Assembly (NCBI GenBank): GCA_010909165.1
Contig: MU008196.1
Coordinates: 650,177 to 714,176 of the forward strand
Length of the DNA: 64,000 nucleotides
Direction of reading: 5' to 3'
Source: Anthoceros angustus
Taxonomy: Eukaryota > Plantae > Anthocerotophyta
Shown here: piece after piece, positions 36,601-49,353 of the stretch
How the letters are laid out: each line of letters starts with the position of its first letter
How positions within the stretch are numbered: the stretch's first letter is position 1
Translations under genes and position numbers: made by a program
Notes under the pieces: generated by a model
The model's database searches: none
What the model saw: the letters and a program-made list of their open reading frames with translations, nothing else
What the model was told of the DNA's origin: nothing

Positions 36601-36881
36601 AACACAACCAAACCATGGCTCGATACCGCTTGAAGGATCGTGTGGCAGACATGATGGTGGAAAGAGGAGAGGAGAGGAGGAGGCAAGTGTAACTCTCTCT
36701 CATTGAGATGAGGCTTGAGGGTATTTATACCTCCAATAGGGCTCTAGGAAGCTCCACAAGAAGCCCCTAGAAGGAGCACAAGAAGCTTCCTAGTGATTAG
36801 CGCTAAACTAATGATACTTAATCGACACTCCAACTTAGACTAAGTGTATTAGTCTAAGTACATTGGGCTTTAACACTTACA
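27687..36881 (-). mobile_element. Near-full-length Tnt1/Tork-like Copia T1, copy A, with two LTRs and AGTAT TSD
   Basis: LTRs 27687-27941 and 36631-36881; AGTAT at 27682-27686 and 36882-36886; PPT (rc) 27942-27953; PBS (rc) 36617-36628. Frameshifted gag-PR-INT about 34322-35940 (NWIIDCASFHVTPHREWFSTY, DNGG) and INT-RT-RH 27962-30045 (FLHGDL, AVSWRSRL, NPMFHAKTKHVDVKYHFIRE). Confidence 0.9.
30046..34321. mobile_element. Unclassified 4.3-kb insertion U splitting the T1 integrase
   Basis: The integrase reads ..GIKRELTA up to about 34322 and resumes ..PPQNGVA near 30045. The insert has CCTAC-N-GTAGG arrays at both ends, no LTR pair and no clear TIR. Confidence 0.7.
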
Positions 36882-37366
36882 AGTATTTGAACACAACCAA
36901 GTGGAACAAAGTCGACATGCTTCCGACAAGAAGGTGGTGTTCAAAGTATTGACAGGACTAACGTAATACATGGACAAGCTTGTGTTTCACCCGCCGCCTG
37001 CATCACTTGCCCTGAACCGCCTCATCGCCGCGTGACTTCCTAACCTGGTTGGAGACCGGCAAGTCCGTGAAACCCACAAATGCCTACAAAAACGGGTTCA
37101 CTCAACAAGTTTAGAAGAGGAACCGTCTGAACAAATTTAGAATGTTGAGGTACTCCTGACTCTCACTAGCAACAAACCATGTTCCCATCAAGCTCCTCAT
37201 GGGGTAGAAGGCTACTTGCCACGGTTGTTGGACTCAGAGCGAGTCATCACTACATCTCAAGGTCACCGGACGGCAGTTCGAAGATCCGGAGACAGTACCA
37301 TCGACTGTAGGTCACCGCACTCAATGAGAGAGAAACCAAATGAGAGCAATGGGTAGAAGCCATGCT

Positions 37367-37621
37367 CAGTTTGAGTCTAGGTAAACATACACGGACACAA
37401 AGGATGAGAAGGCCCAAGACATCCTAGTCAGCGGCCTCTCATACCATATGGTGAGGCAAATCGGTGAAGCAAGCTCTTCCAAGGAGATGTGGGACCATCT
37501 GGCTCAACTATACTCTTCCAAAGATATTATGAGTTTGATGACTGCTGCCCACAATTTCCATATTCTCAAAATGAAGGAATCAGATACAATTGAAACTTTT
37601 GTGAGCAGAAGCTCTTAGAAT
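37367..37621 (+). mobile_element. Copia C1 gag fragment, copy B
   Basis: Near-identical to 9200-9458. Confidence 0.8.
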
Positions 37622-38524
37622 TGCAAACGAGAATAATGCAATTAATTAAAGTTGAATACAAAACTATCTTAAGTACTTTGTGAGGAGGTGTGACCATTCA
37701 CCACTAACCTAGATATTAAATAAATGATCAATAATAACTAGTAGGTTAAACTAACCTCACTTTTAACACTTCCACTTAAGCTAAGCAAGTTATCAATAAA
37801 TCACCATTTTACTCCATATAACTCACTAGATAGTGGTAGTAGTAGATATGGGTAGAAAAAGTTATGTACCCATGGGCATGCAAAAGCCATGCCCATGTGG
37901 GGAATAATGGGGGATCCATTGATGGCCACACAACCCCATGCAGGCCCATTAAAACATAGAAGCTACTGAACAGAAGATGGATGCGAAGCGAAGACGGAGG
38001 TGCCCAAAGCCTACAAAGCATGGCGAAGAGGAAATCCAGGAGAGAGAATGGGCGGGGCGGCGCAAGCGACGCATGAGCACAAGAGGACATACAGGGGGAC
38101 TGATGACGGCCACCTGCAATCTTTAGGGAGTGGCAGTGCAATGAGAAAGCCCACCCTCATCTCGCCATGCCTGTGTCGAGGATCGGCCTGACGAGTTGTG
38201 GTGTCGGCCATATCACGCTCGCTTGGAGCCTAAGGGGGCCACGATAAAGCCGGTGAGGCGGACACCTCTCGAACATTGCGGAATTTCGGAATCCATGCCG
38301 GTAGCCATGCCGTGGTGGTGCGGTGGATGTATGCGATGAAGGCGCACTCGCTCTCACTCTACTAGTTCATCGATGCGGCGGGTCTCACGTCGAGCCAACT
38401 CTTCCTTGTTTTTTTCCTTTTTCCGTGTGTGCCCCTTCATGGTGGCTCGATTCCTAATCTTGGGTGGCTATTGACGGCCTAATGCTTTTGTGTGTCAATG
38501 TAGATCTTTGATGCCACATAGGTA
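37622..38524 (-). mobile_element. LTR element E1, copy B (LTR 37622-37768)
   Basis: Homologous to 9459-10398. Confidence 0.65.
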
Positions 38525-39720
38525 TGTTAGAAATAAAGCCAATGCTTCTAGAAACGCGTTGGTTTAGGTTAAGTTTAATAGTTCTAGGTTTGCTATTACC
38601 GAAACATATAAAAACCATTTGTAACTTTTTCATTTATTTTAAAGTTTATTATTTTGGTTCCGCACACATTGCTCCACAAACAAACATGGTATCGAGCTGC
38701 CTCTTGCTCTTCTCAGAATTCCTAACATGCGGGGAATCTTGGCGAAGGACCTCGCAGAGGAAGATTTGATGGCGGCTATGCAGGGCATTCTCGCTACAAC
38801 GATCCATTCACATTCATGAAGGCCTCTTCCCACAGAGACTTTACTTGACCTCTACGAGCGAACCCCTACTCGTTGACCGAGAGACTTCGAGCAGAATTGA
38901 ATGAGGAGGATGGTCGACAATCCCGCCACCAATTAGAGAGGAATCGGAAGTTCACTCTCTCGAAGTAGATGCCTTGAGAGGGACAGTAACCAGCATGTTA
39001 CAGCCCCACGGGTCCTTCACTTGCGCTAATTTAAGGCTAGACATGCAATGACACGCTCCATCAGAACCTACAAACAAATCCAAGGATGATCAACTCACCT
39101 CAGATGAGATCTATGCAGCAGTCATAAGGATGGAACAAACCTTGTCGCGCCTCATCTCAAGCCAGGAGAAATTGAAGAGTCAATTTGCGGATCTGGAGTA
39201 CCTCTCAGGGCAAGCAATTTCTACAAGTTCAAGCGTCATTTAGCGACAGATTGCTGAGATCTAAGACTCCCTGAGGACGATGGAGATTCATGCTCGGTGA
39301 GCCGCCCCGAGCTGGGAAATTCCTTAGCTGATCGCTTACTCCCCGGAAGGGGCACGAGGCCTCGCCGAGAGAATTGGAACGCCACCAAGCCATCCGAGCC
39401 CAAGCGGGAACGTTAACAGCTCAATAATTGTGGCCCCCATCATGCCTCCTCGGCTCCCGAGGTTTACACCCTTCACTGAAACCCTCTCCAATGGAGGGCA
39501 GCGCACATGAAAGGTACCTTAGTTAGTTTTTTTCAGGTCGACACCTCACAGATTTGCAAGTCTACTCACTTGTGATACTTGTTGTTGTGATGCCATCGCA
39601 GTTATTAACATGGAGAGCGGGGTCTAGGAGGGGTGAAGCCTCTGGAACCACACATCGTAGATGCGTTGATCCCACACAAGCACCACCTCGCCCATATCCC
39701 TGCACGTGCTAGGTTAGTTT
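38525..39720 (+). mobile_element. LTR element E2, copy B (LTR 38525-38686, PBS 38687-38697)
   Basis: TGTTAGAAATAAAG..CAAACA TGGTATCGAGC; same ORF remnant, single copy. Confidence 0.7.
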
Positions 39721-40177
39721 GTACCTACTAGAAAAGGCAGCCTATGTTCTGATCCGTTGTTGCAATTTTGTATTACTTGGGTGCAACATCTTATGTAGGC
39801 TTAATTGTTAAGTCGACACTATTCCTTCTCATACTATCACATCTTAACTACTTTAACTCTCTCTCATCACCTCGCCTCCTAAAGTACGCCTCCTCTACGT
39901 TAATGTTGTTTATTATTTCAAACACACATGACACAGCTTATGTTACAATCCTTTGTTACAATTTCATGCAACACTTTCCATGTGGAACACCCAAAAGTTA
40001 GTTGGCTTGGTGTTAAGTTTGTGATTTTCTCCTCCCCTTCTCACCATCTTAACAACATGCAGTGGTCTCTTGACCTTACACCTCACCATTAAGACCATCT
40101 CATTAAGGTTGTTGGTTTGGTGTTAAGTTTGATTATCTTCTCACTTTCTCTTAATAAGAAAATTAAGGAGAAAAAAT

Positions 40178-41818
40178 AATCATTTGAAAAGGGGTTTCTC
40201 TCTGTCAAAAGGGGTTTGGAAAAATCCCAACCCTATTCCTTGAGCCCGAAGTTGGTTTGGTTTTGTTGGTTTTGTAGGTGTTCATCCATCGGTTTGGGCA
40301 TTCTCGCGGCACCACTTCTGTCGAGTCATTTACACGTGGCGCCTATACTCGAGTTCATGGCGATTTAGTCGGTGTGATGAAGGGCGATGACCTCATTGTT
40401 CCATAATTTCGTCATGTCGTAGTTTACGCATTTTGTGTGGTTTTGTATGTTTTGTATACGGGAGGGCCTAGGCGCGCATAAGTGTGCGCCTAAACAACAT
40501 ATGTGCAAACTTGTGCATGCAAAAGAGCGAAAAATGATCTTCTAATGGGAAGCATGTCCTTTTGGCGGTCGAGGATGTCTTGGAACTCGACAAAATAACA
40601 AGTAGCAGACATCGGAGGTTCACCTAGACCACTCTTATATACCTATCCTATGCCTAATGCGACGAAGAACACCCTATCCCTTTTATTCTTTACGGTGTTT
40701 AGTCTCTTTCGTGATGACCTAATCGGGTTATCATCAAACATGCCGGGGGCCAATTTGGGTGAACAAGTGCATGCACCGAGGCAAGGGGCAGGTGCAGCGC
40801 TTGTGCGCACCGAGCAAGGGGCACAGGTGTGCCACCGAGGGGCAGGAGGGCCGGGTGCACGAGGAGGCGGGGCCGGTGCACTGCCTTGTCTTGGCCACCG
40901 AGAACAAGGCGCAAGTGTGCACACAAGTGCACGCACCCAAGGTCAAGAAGGGCAGGGCATGAACCCAAATGGTTCATGCCTCCTAGTGCATTCAGACAGT
41001 TCATCAAAGAAAAAGAGCAAAAGTCTTAAAAATCCTAAAACCCTTAAAAATTACAAAAAGTCCAGTTTTTGAGGCAAGTCGCACTTGCCTAAAATGACAA
41101 ATTTTTGCATTTTTGTATTTTTTGATATTTTTGTTGTTTTAAAGGGTTCCTTTCGTTTTCAACCTTTTTGTGCAGCACCCTAATGTGGATATGTTCTTAT
41201 CTTTACTTAACCCTCATCTTTTTCTAGTAGTTAAAACTTTGAACTAGTAGTGAGAACCTTTTGCATCTTTTGAATCTTGGGACGCTGGGGGCCCACTAAG
41301 TGCACCATGCCACTCTCATTCTCGCACTAGACGTGGATCAAGAGCATCAGTGCCAAAGAAGATATTATTGTCCCAATGTCTAAGGAACAAAGTCCCGTAA
41401 AATTTTGAGCGAGAGTATAGTCAGGATTGACTAGTATGAATGAAAGGTTGAAAAACAAGTTTGCTAAATTACAGCAAGCCCTAAAAACTCTAAATGTTTG
41501 TATACGTCCAACACCTGGCAATGATTGCCAGATGTTGGAGACTGTTTAGATGTAAGTGCGCGCATAAGTTTGCGCGCGAATTTTGTGTCCAGTTTGAAAA
41601 AAAAGCCGAACGAGAATGGGACTTTAGGTTTTTGCCACGTACTTGCAATCTACAATCTCAAATAACGTGTATCAAAACAATTATTCAAAAGGTTATGTAA
41701 CATGTCCGCAGAGAAATATCAAAAGCCCGATTATAGTGCGGATTTTTCAAGTGCAAAAGGGTCCGCCAAGTCTAGGCAAAAAGGGGTTTCTGTGGAGAAA
41801 CCCTTTCTAAACAGACGC
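40178..41818. mobile_element. TIR element, copy B
   Basis: Homologous to 13639-15258; the left terminus is noisy. Confidence 0.45.
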
Positions 41819-42419
41819 ATTTGTTTTACCATCTTAATAACCTCGCTCGTCTCTCCTTTCACCTCTCACTCCTAGTTAATGCCCAAAGATGACACCCATT
41901 TTTTATTGTTTCCTCTTTGTGTTGCAACATGGCCCGGGACAATGAGCTCCCTCTCCTACCTAGTATTTTATTCTTCCCCTGCTGTTTTCCTACATGGCGA
42001 ATCGTGAACTCTATCTCTCTCTCCACAATAGGGTATCAATCTTTCCATCTTACCTCCTTTGCATAGCTAAGTGAATTTGTAATCTACATTCCTCTTCAAT
42101 GCACACTTGTGTCCACACCTGGTTTTGTTTTAAGCCCCATATAAAATAATCGAAACTCTTTTTATTACCCACGTATTATGTAGTAGGATTCTAGATTATT
42201 TATATGTCTATTCATATATAGTATACGTTATGGCTAGTCGTACTTGTTACATATAATCCTATATATGACCTAAACACGTATTTATATATGTATATATATT
42301 TTTATACTTATAATGTCATACATATTCTTTATCTATAGGTACAAAATCATAGGTATCTAACCATACGGCATAGCTTATAAGTATAAACCTCATACATTAA
42401 TATTACTCCCATCGTCATA

Positions 42420-44588
42420 TACCACCAACACCGATTACGCGATTACACGCTTCTTCCAACGCCCCCTTTGCGCTGCTTTTTCCCAAAGCAACCTGGGGAG
42501 GGGTACGAACATGCGCGGCCGACGGTGTGATGATCCACCGCTTCTTCCAAAGGTGACCGGTGACACTACACGTGATGACTAAACTGAAGCCAACCAGAAG
42601 AGCCTCCTCAAGTCCCTACGTTGGTCTACTAGACACCGCCCTCCAAGGTCGAGTGGAAAGAGCCTCACAGATGTTGCGGTGTATTGTCAGAGGAACCACT
42701 TTTTCCACCGCCACGCTTTTAGTGTTGTAGAATCATTAGGTGAACCCGCCACCTATAGAGAAGCTATTGAAGGGCCTCAAGCTTCCTTTTGTGTAAGGCT
42801 ATTGAGTCTCGAATATCAATCTCTCATTTCTAATAAAACTTGGGTTCTTAGATCTCCTCCCGGTCAGAAACCGCTTGCTTGTAAGTGGGTCTTCAAAAAA
42901 CTCAATACGATGGTAGTGTTGGTAGGTATAAGGCTCGCCTGGCAAAGGGATATAGTCAAGTAAGGGTTAGACTACAATGAAACATTTGCCCCAGCTTGTT
43001 AAGTCTACTCCATAAGAATACTCCTTGCCCTTGCCGCTCACTACAATCTCCTCGTACATCGCTTAGACGAAAACCGCTTTTAATGGCACCTTAGATGAGG
43101 TCATCTACATGGCTCAACCAAGGTTTTATTATAGACCCTAATAAAGTATGTCAACTTTTAAAAACACTTTATGGTCTTAAATACCTCCTGCATGGAATGA
43201 AGTGTTTCATGCATTGCTCATAGAATTGGGTTTCACATGTTTGACGATAGCAGCGTATATATTTTATGGGATGACAATGATTTTATCATTTTAACTGCTT
43301 TATGTGGATGATAATATTTTATTTAGCACTTCACCAACTCTTATGGCAAGAATGAAAGCATTTTTTGGCGAGGTTTGATATGACCGATTTGGGGTGCTTA
43401 TCTTTTCTCTTGGCATTCAATTCCATTTTAACACTCATGATAACACTATTGATATTCATCAAGAGCATTTTGTACATCAACTACTTAAGAGGTTCAAGAT
43501 GGAGGATGCACGATCAAGAAGCACCTATGTTCTGTGAAAAGCTATCTAAGGAACAATGCCCGACAAGAAGAAGAAAAGGCCGAGATGGCACTCAAGCCTT
43601 ACCGACAAGTCGTTGGTTGTTTAATCTATCTATCGTTGGACTAGATTAGACATCACACGCAGCTAGTAATGTAAGTCTTTTAGAGAACCCTGCTACATTG
43701 GGCTGAAAGAAGAGAATTTTAGGTACCTCAAAGGAACAAAGACGCAAAGGTTTACGTTTTCTAAGCAACGGATGGTTTTGCTAATGTCCTTTTGTGATGC
43801 TGATTGGGCATGAGACTACACTAGTATTGCAATTTACATTTTAGGTGGATCGCTTATCTCTTGGTCAAGTAAAAGCTCACTACTATTTGTCTTTCCTCTA
43901 AGGTATATGGTGCCATGACACAAGTCGCTAGAGAGGTTATTTGGATTAGATCTTTCTTAAGTGGACTTAAGCCTTCATGAAGGACCAACTCAGCTTTGTG
44001 CGACAACTACCCATTTGCTTTATCGAAGAATCCGCTTTTCATGCTAGAAGTAAGCATATCGAGATTGCTCATCATTTTATAAGACAAGCAGAAAGAGTAA
44101 TAAAGTGGACTATGTTGCCACTTCAAAATGTGACCTTTTGACAGTCTTTGCCAAAGTTGGTACATGAGAAATATACTTTGGCAAATACACAATTTATACT
44201 CAGAGCAAAGCAGAATGACTCATTAGTTGATTTCTCATCCGGCTTGGTGGATTGATGAAGCCTATTGTGATCGTCACTTGGAACTCTTTTCCGCTTATAT
44301 CGGTGGGAGTACACTTTCTATTATGAAGTCAATTTTCAAGATATTTTCAAGCTTATCAATTAACTCCTAATTGCAAGGGAGTAATGGAATATAGCTTATT
44401 TTGGAATAGATATGTGTTAAAACATAATGGTGATTTCGATACAATTAAATTAGGTTTAGTTTTATTATTCGTTAATTAATAACCATCATAACCGCTTTTG
44501 TATAAGACCCTTTCTTTGTGTGTAATTTGTATCATCTTTCGATTCCAACTTGCTTTGTCCCTCTTGCTTACCTCTCCACGATCTTCAC
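42420..44588 (+). mobile_element. Copia C4 RT-RNase H and 3' LTR (about 44385-44588), copy B
   Basis: EPATYREAIEG, CKWVFKK, FDMTDLG; homologous to 15870-19316. Confidence 0.85.
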
Positions 44589-45802
44589 ACATGTACCAGC
44601 AAATGCACCTGGACTTCATTTCAATAACAAATCAACTGCTTAGCCTTTAGCAAGTTTAGGGGATGTCAGGGATCTTGGCCCTCTTCAAAGCTGCCTTGGT
44701 ATTCACATTCAGCGAAATCGGGAGAAGAGGGTGCTTACCTCAACTTAGCCTAGATATCTCTTGGAGAGTGCAGGAGAAGCCTCGGACTCTGCCATGGGAT
44801 GCAAGGCTGCCAGCCACACCACTTCCAAGTGGGTTGAAGCTAAGTGAGAGAGATGTCTCCTCGTCTGTCTTTACAATCACGAGGATGACATGAGGAATGT
44901 ACCTTATCGATGCGGGCATTGGCAAAACCTTATCATCTATGCCGCCAACACTACACGCCACGAGGTAGCATTTTCCACAAGGGTTACATTGTTGCAAAGA
45001 TATTTGGAAAATCACAGATGCACTCCAATTTCGGACATGTGTCAAAAGAGTCTTTAGATATATGAAGAGGCACATCTAATAGAGGCATAGTATATGCACA
45101 CAAGGAGGGTGTAGCACCTGACCTGGAGGTTTACACAGGCATCGGATTGACTCAGTTGCTGGAGACATTGTGACACACTACTGCCGGGCCGTTACATAGT
45201 TGAGCTTTTGGTTAGGGCGGCCCTATTTGGCCGCGGTCGAGTAAGAAAAGCAAACCCAATGTAACAAGGCCTCCTCAAGTATGCAAAGGCTGAAAGGCTG
45301 CAGTGCTTACAGTGCTAGCTTGCAAAGGAGGTGATTTGGTTGAAGCTGCTCTTCTCAGAGCTTGGGATCCAATTACCAACCTGCATCACGATCAAAATGC
45401 ATACGGAACAGCGTGGCTCAATATCAAGTTAGCGTAAAACTGGGTGTTTCATTCAAGAACTAAACATGTTGCGCCTTTGGAGCATCGATACGAGAACCTG
45501 GCTAGTCGCAGCACAATTACTTTAGAATACGTCCCCACCCAAGGAAACCCATTAGATATTCTCACAAAAGCTCTAGGAAAGGAGCTACACGAAAAACATG
45601 TGAAGAGTTTAGGGCTAGGAGACTCCTCGGAGTTCCTAGGCCACAGCAAGTCCTCCTAAGCTCACATGGCTCTAGTAGCATGCACTAAAGCTATCAGAAG
45701 CATAGTCAGAGGAAACATATGTCTCTTTGGTGCGCATGGAAAGTGATCCATAGGTGGATGTTTCTGATGAGAATCACGACAAAACACACTTGCAAAGAGC
45801 AT
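44589..45802 (+). mobile_element. Copia C3 RT-RNase H fragment, copy B
   Basis: FHSRTKHVA..EYVPTQGNPLDILTKALGKELHEKHVKSLGL. Confidence 0.85.
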
Positions 45803-47870
45803 TGTGGGATTGCATTAATTATAATAGAAAGTTTACAATGCCTTAAATAGGCGTGGTGGTGGCAACCACTTATTGTTGCAAACTACAAGTTGTTGTAACC
45901 ATAAGTAGTTACAACTATAAGTTGTTGTAAATAACTAACAACTAACTACCTAAGCAACTAATCCTTGTCCTAGGTATTAAATAATGTTAATAATGAATAG
46001 TGCCCTAAACCTTGTGTATTTCATCACTCCCACTCACTATGAAATAGGGGTGAAAACTAGCTTCAAAATGAGTCCTAATAGGCTAGTGGACTCCCACTAG
46101 GTAGGAAGTTAGAAGCTAATTCAGAAAAGCATAAAATATTAAGCTAATGAAATTGATTAACCTAATTAAGAATGAACTAAAGAAATTTTGGTGAAACAAA
46201 ATCAGTTTGAAAAATAAACTTAAGTGAATGTATGTATGTATGTCCCCATCCCTCCCCACCCCCCGCACATATAATAAGGAGGGGAGGGGAAGGGAAGAAC
46301 ATGGCGCTCACATAACCACCTTCGCTCCCTCCGTCACGTCCCATGGAATACGTACCGTTGCCATGGCTAAGTGGCGGGTAAGGGAGGTACGCTGCTGGCA
46401 AAGCCGCCGCACACGCCTGTGCTACGTTATGCACACGCCACAGTCGCACACACGCTGCCGCCGCCCCATACAGAGTGATGGCATGGGGGCGTGGGATTGG
46501 CTGCCAGCACACTTGAGGAGTCGTGCACGCCAATCTCTTGCAAATTGCCTGCAACCAAGAAATTTCAAAGAAATTTGTCCCCTCTGACCTGCAATCTGGA
46601 GAAGGGGCAGCCCAGGAGGCTCCCACTTGGGAGGACGCCCTGCTGTATGATGGTGCTGCCATAAATTGCTGGTCCGGAAGTGTGATGCAGGCAGACGATT
46701 GGAGAAATCGTCGGTGGAAAGATTCCTGTAGTCGGCGGAGCCATGCTGATGCTCGATGGAGTGGTCGATGGAACCAATATGAAGCTGGTGGAAATGAAAA
46801 GAGCCAATCAGTTGCTCAAAAATTGTCGAGAGGATGCAGGACTCCGCCGCCATCGCCGGTGTATACGCCATCTGGTCCTATGTGTATGCCCATTCATGTT
46901 TATCTCTCCTCCTCAGACTCGGAGAATGATGATCCTGCAGAGAATAGAAGATCCAAATCCCCATATTGTAGAACAAGCGACGATGAATGTCATCAGAGGC
47001 ACCAAAGATGGGTCGAGGGCCTACCGCTAAGGAAGCCCATCTCGCAGTACGTGGTGCGCAGAGATATCGTGGGCGTATGTTGAACACAATCAAGAAATGG
47101 CTAAATATGCAGCTAGTACGATGTCCTAGATCCGTTTCTAATATCGCAAACAACTTATTAATGTCAAAATAAATAGATGCTGGATGCGTGATATGAGCAG
47201 AGGATGATGGAAATGTAAGCACAGGAGAGGATGGATAAAGGGTATCCAAGAGAAAATTGGAAGAAAGAAAATAATCAAGGTGAGAGTAAGAAGTTATGGT
47301 AACTCTAATATCAAAATTAAAGTTTTATGTGATATGGAAAACTAAAGCATGATTATTGTGATTAGGTAAGGAGAAGTCGTGTGGCATTAGAGGATTAGTT
47401 CAGTCCCTCACGAGACCTAATAAAGGCTAGAAAGGACAAGTATGACATACCCGAGGTAGTATTGCCAACAATTACCCTAATCGAATGTACCTAATCTATC
47501 CCGGGATATAGAGAATGCAGAGCACCTTTAAGAATATGTATGCTAGGAAACGGGAATCCATATGGTGTGGATTACAGAGCCAAGGTAAGGAGTACATGGG
47601 CCATGTGAAGCGCACATATTGTGAGTATGAACAAAACTAAAAGTTAGTAAAAGTATGTGAATTTTTAAACTTAAATACTAAAATTGATCAGTTCAATGTG
47701 GCACTTCAAATGAGGAAGAGATGACATATGCAGAAGATTCTCTAGAGATAGATAATGAACTGAATTATTTAGACAAAATACTAGACCTCTAGAAAAATGA
47801 AGGTAGATTTAGGATGATTTGGGCTTGATGTCTAAGACCCCTAAACTCTTCATATGCTTGCTATGTAAAT
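45803..47870 (-). mobile_element. LTR element E3, copy B (LTR 45803-46023)
   Basis: Homologous to 20417-22400. Confidence 0.7.
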
Positions 47871-49353
47871 CTCTTCCTACCTCACACAACTATACTCCTC
47901 CAAGGATGTTATGAGTTTGATGACTGCTACTCGTAACTTCCATAACCTTAAGATGAGGGAATCTGACACCATCGAACATCATATTAGTTCATTTCGCATG
48001 GCAAGATCCCAACTTGAAGCTGCTTCCAATTCCAAACTCTACGAGTTATCGTGTTTTTTTGCATTATTATCCTCCCTTCCATCCTCCTATAGATCATTTG
48101 TGACAACTCAAAATGCTGTATTAAGAACAGCCCAAAAGAATATGGACAAGTATGGTACGCCAGATACTTTGGACATAAGTGTAAATGAGTTGATTGGAGC
48201 ATTGATACAGGAGGAGTCAAGTCGACGTCATGACTCCCGATCTAGCCGGCAGCAAGTGATGTACACTAGAAGAGGCACCGGAAGAGGTCGCGGTTGAGGC
48301 CGCGCCAAAGGACCTCCTTCTATTAGGACTGCCAATTCCTCACCCAGCTTTCACAATGGAGCTTCTTCGTCTTCTTCCACACCTGCAAGAGGTATCAAGA
48401 AGACGGGCACTATTTGCAGTTGGTGCAGAATACCAAATCACATGGAGAAGGATCAGAGAAGAAGAGTGGTGAGCCAAGGAAAGAGGTATCACTGTGCGAC
48501 ATGTTGGCCGTGAAGAAACCCTCTTCATCAACTCCTCAAGCACTTCACAAGATGCTTTTGGCCTCATCCAAGCCTTCTAATCTTTACTAATACTTGGATA
48601 GTGGAGCTAACTCACACATCTGTCATAACAAAAACTCTTTTGAGTCTTATTCCCCAACTGCTGCAACGGGTTTGTTCTTTTGGGAGATGATCACAACCTC
48701 CCAATAATTGGCGAGGGCTTGTTATCGATGTTCTGCTGTGCGACTTCCACTTATGTCATGTCCTTCATGTACCAGCCATGTGTAAAAATCTAGTCTTTGC
48801 CTCTAGTTTGTGTCACGACCATACTATGCAAGTCACACTCTCGGAGATAGTTCATTTCTTTTTTGTTCTCCAATTAAGTCACATGTCATCCGCCTTAGGC
48901 ACAGGAGGATGGGCTATATAGACTTTCAACCCAAGTGGGTCGCAGACACATTCCAAAACGTGGGCCCCTGTCACTCCACTGCATCAGCCATACCATGTTA
49001 TGGCATTGTCGCCTTGGTCATCCCAATAGCCAAAAATTAATACAAATGTCTAAGGCATGACACCTCTATAGATCACCCTGCCTGCCTCACATACAACACC
49101 TTCCTTGGTGTGAGCTTCCTAGCATATTGCCGACATCAAGCTCCTCGAACATCTCCTCCTGTAGGGCTACATCACCTCTCGAGCTTGTTCACATTACATA
49201 TTGTGGCCCTATCTCTACACCTTCTTCGCAGTAGCGTATATTTTTGACCTTCATTGACGACTACTCCCGCTCACTTTACTTATATCCTCAATCACAAGGT
49301 GATACTTATCATTTTTAAGGATTATATGGCACAGAGATTACCAGAGTTAAGAA
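47871..49353 (+). mobile_element. Copia C2 gag-protease-integrase fragment, copy B
   Basis: ORF 47911-48297 MSLMTATRNFHNLKMRESDTIE..LLSSLPSSYRSFVT..LIGALIQEESSR. Confidence 0.85.

Larger units (their letters stand above)
9200..37366. repeat. Tandem segmental duplication, copy A (contains 4 internal local duplications)
   Basis: Same order of elements as 37367-60973. At 37367 the sequence jumps from Gypsy protease (GTAGAAGCCATGCT) back to CAGTTTG..GTAAACATAC, as at 9200. Confidence 0.9.
25885..37366 (+). mobile_element. Ty3/Gypsy element G1, copy A: LTR 25885-26170, PBS 26173-26184, gag split by the Copia T1, truncated in protease at the duplication junction
   Basis: TGTCAC..GCGACA then TGGTATCGAGCC; gag-like DLYQEFR..QGT..KKF(A/V)DGL; gag and protease resume after 36881. 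Confidence 0.75.

Noticed and set aside
35978-36706. Long Arg/Ala/Gly-rich ORFs on both strands (also 59540-60384)
   Set aside because: They come from stop-poor GC-rich sequence in the T1 leader, and the A and B copies translate differently.
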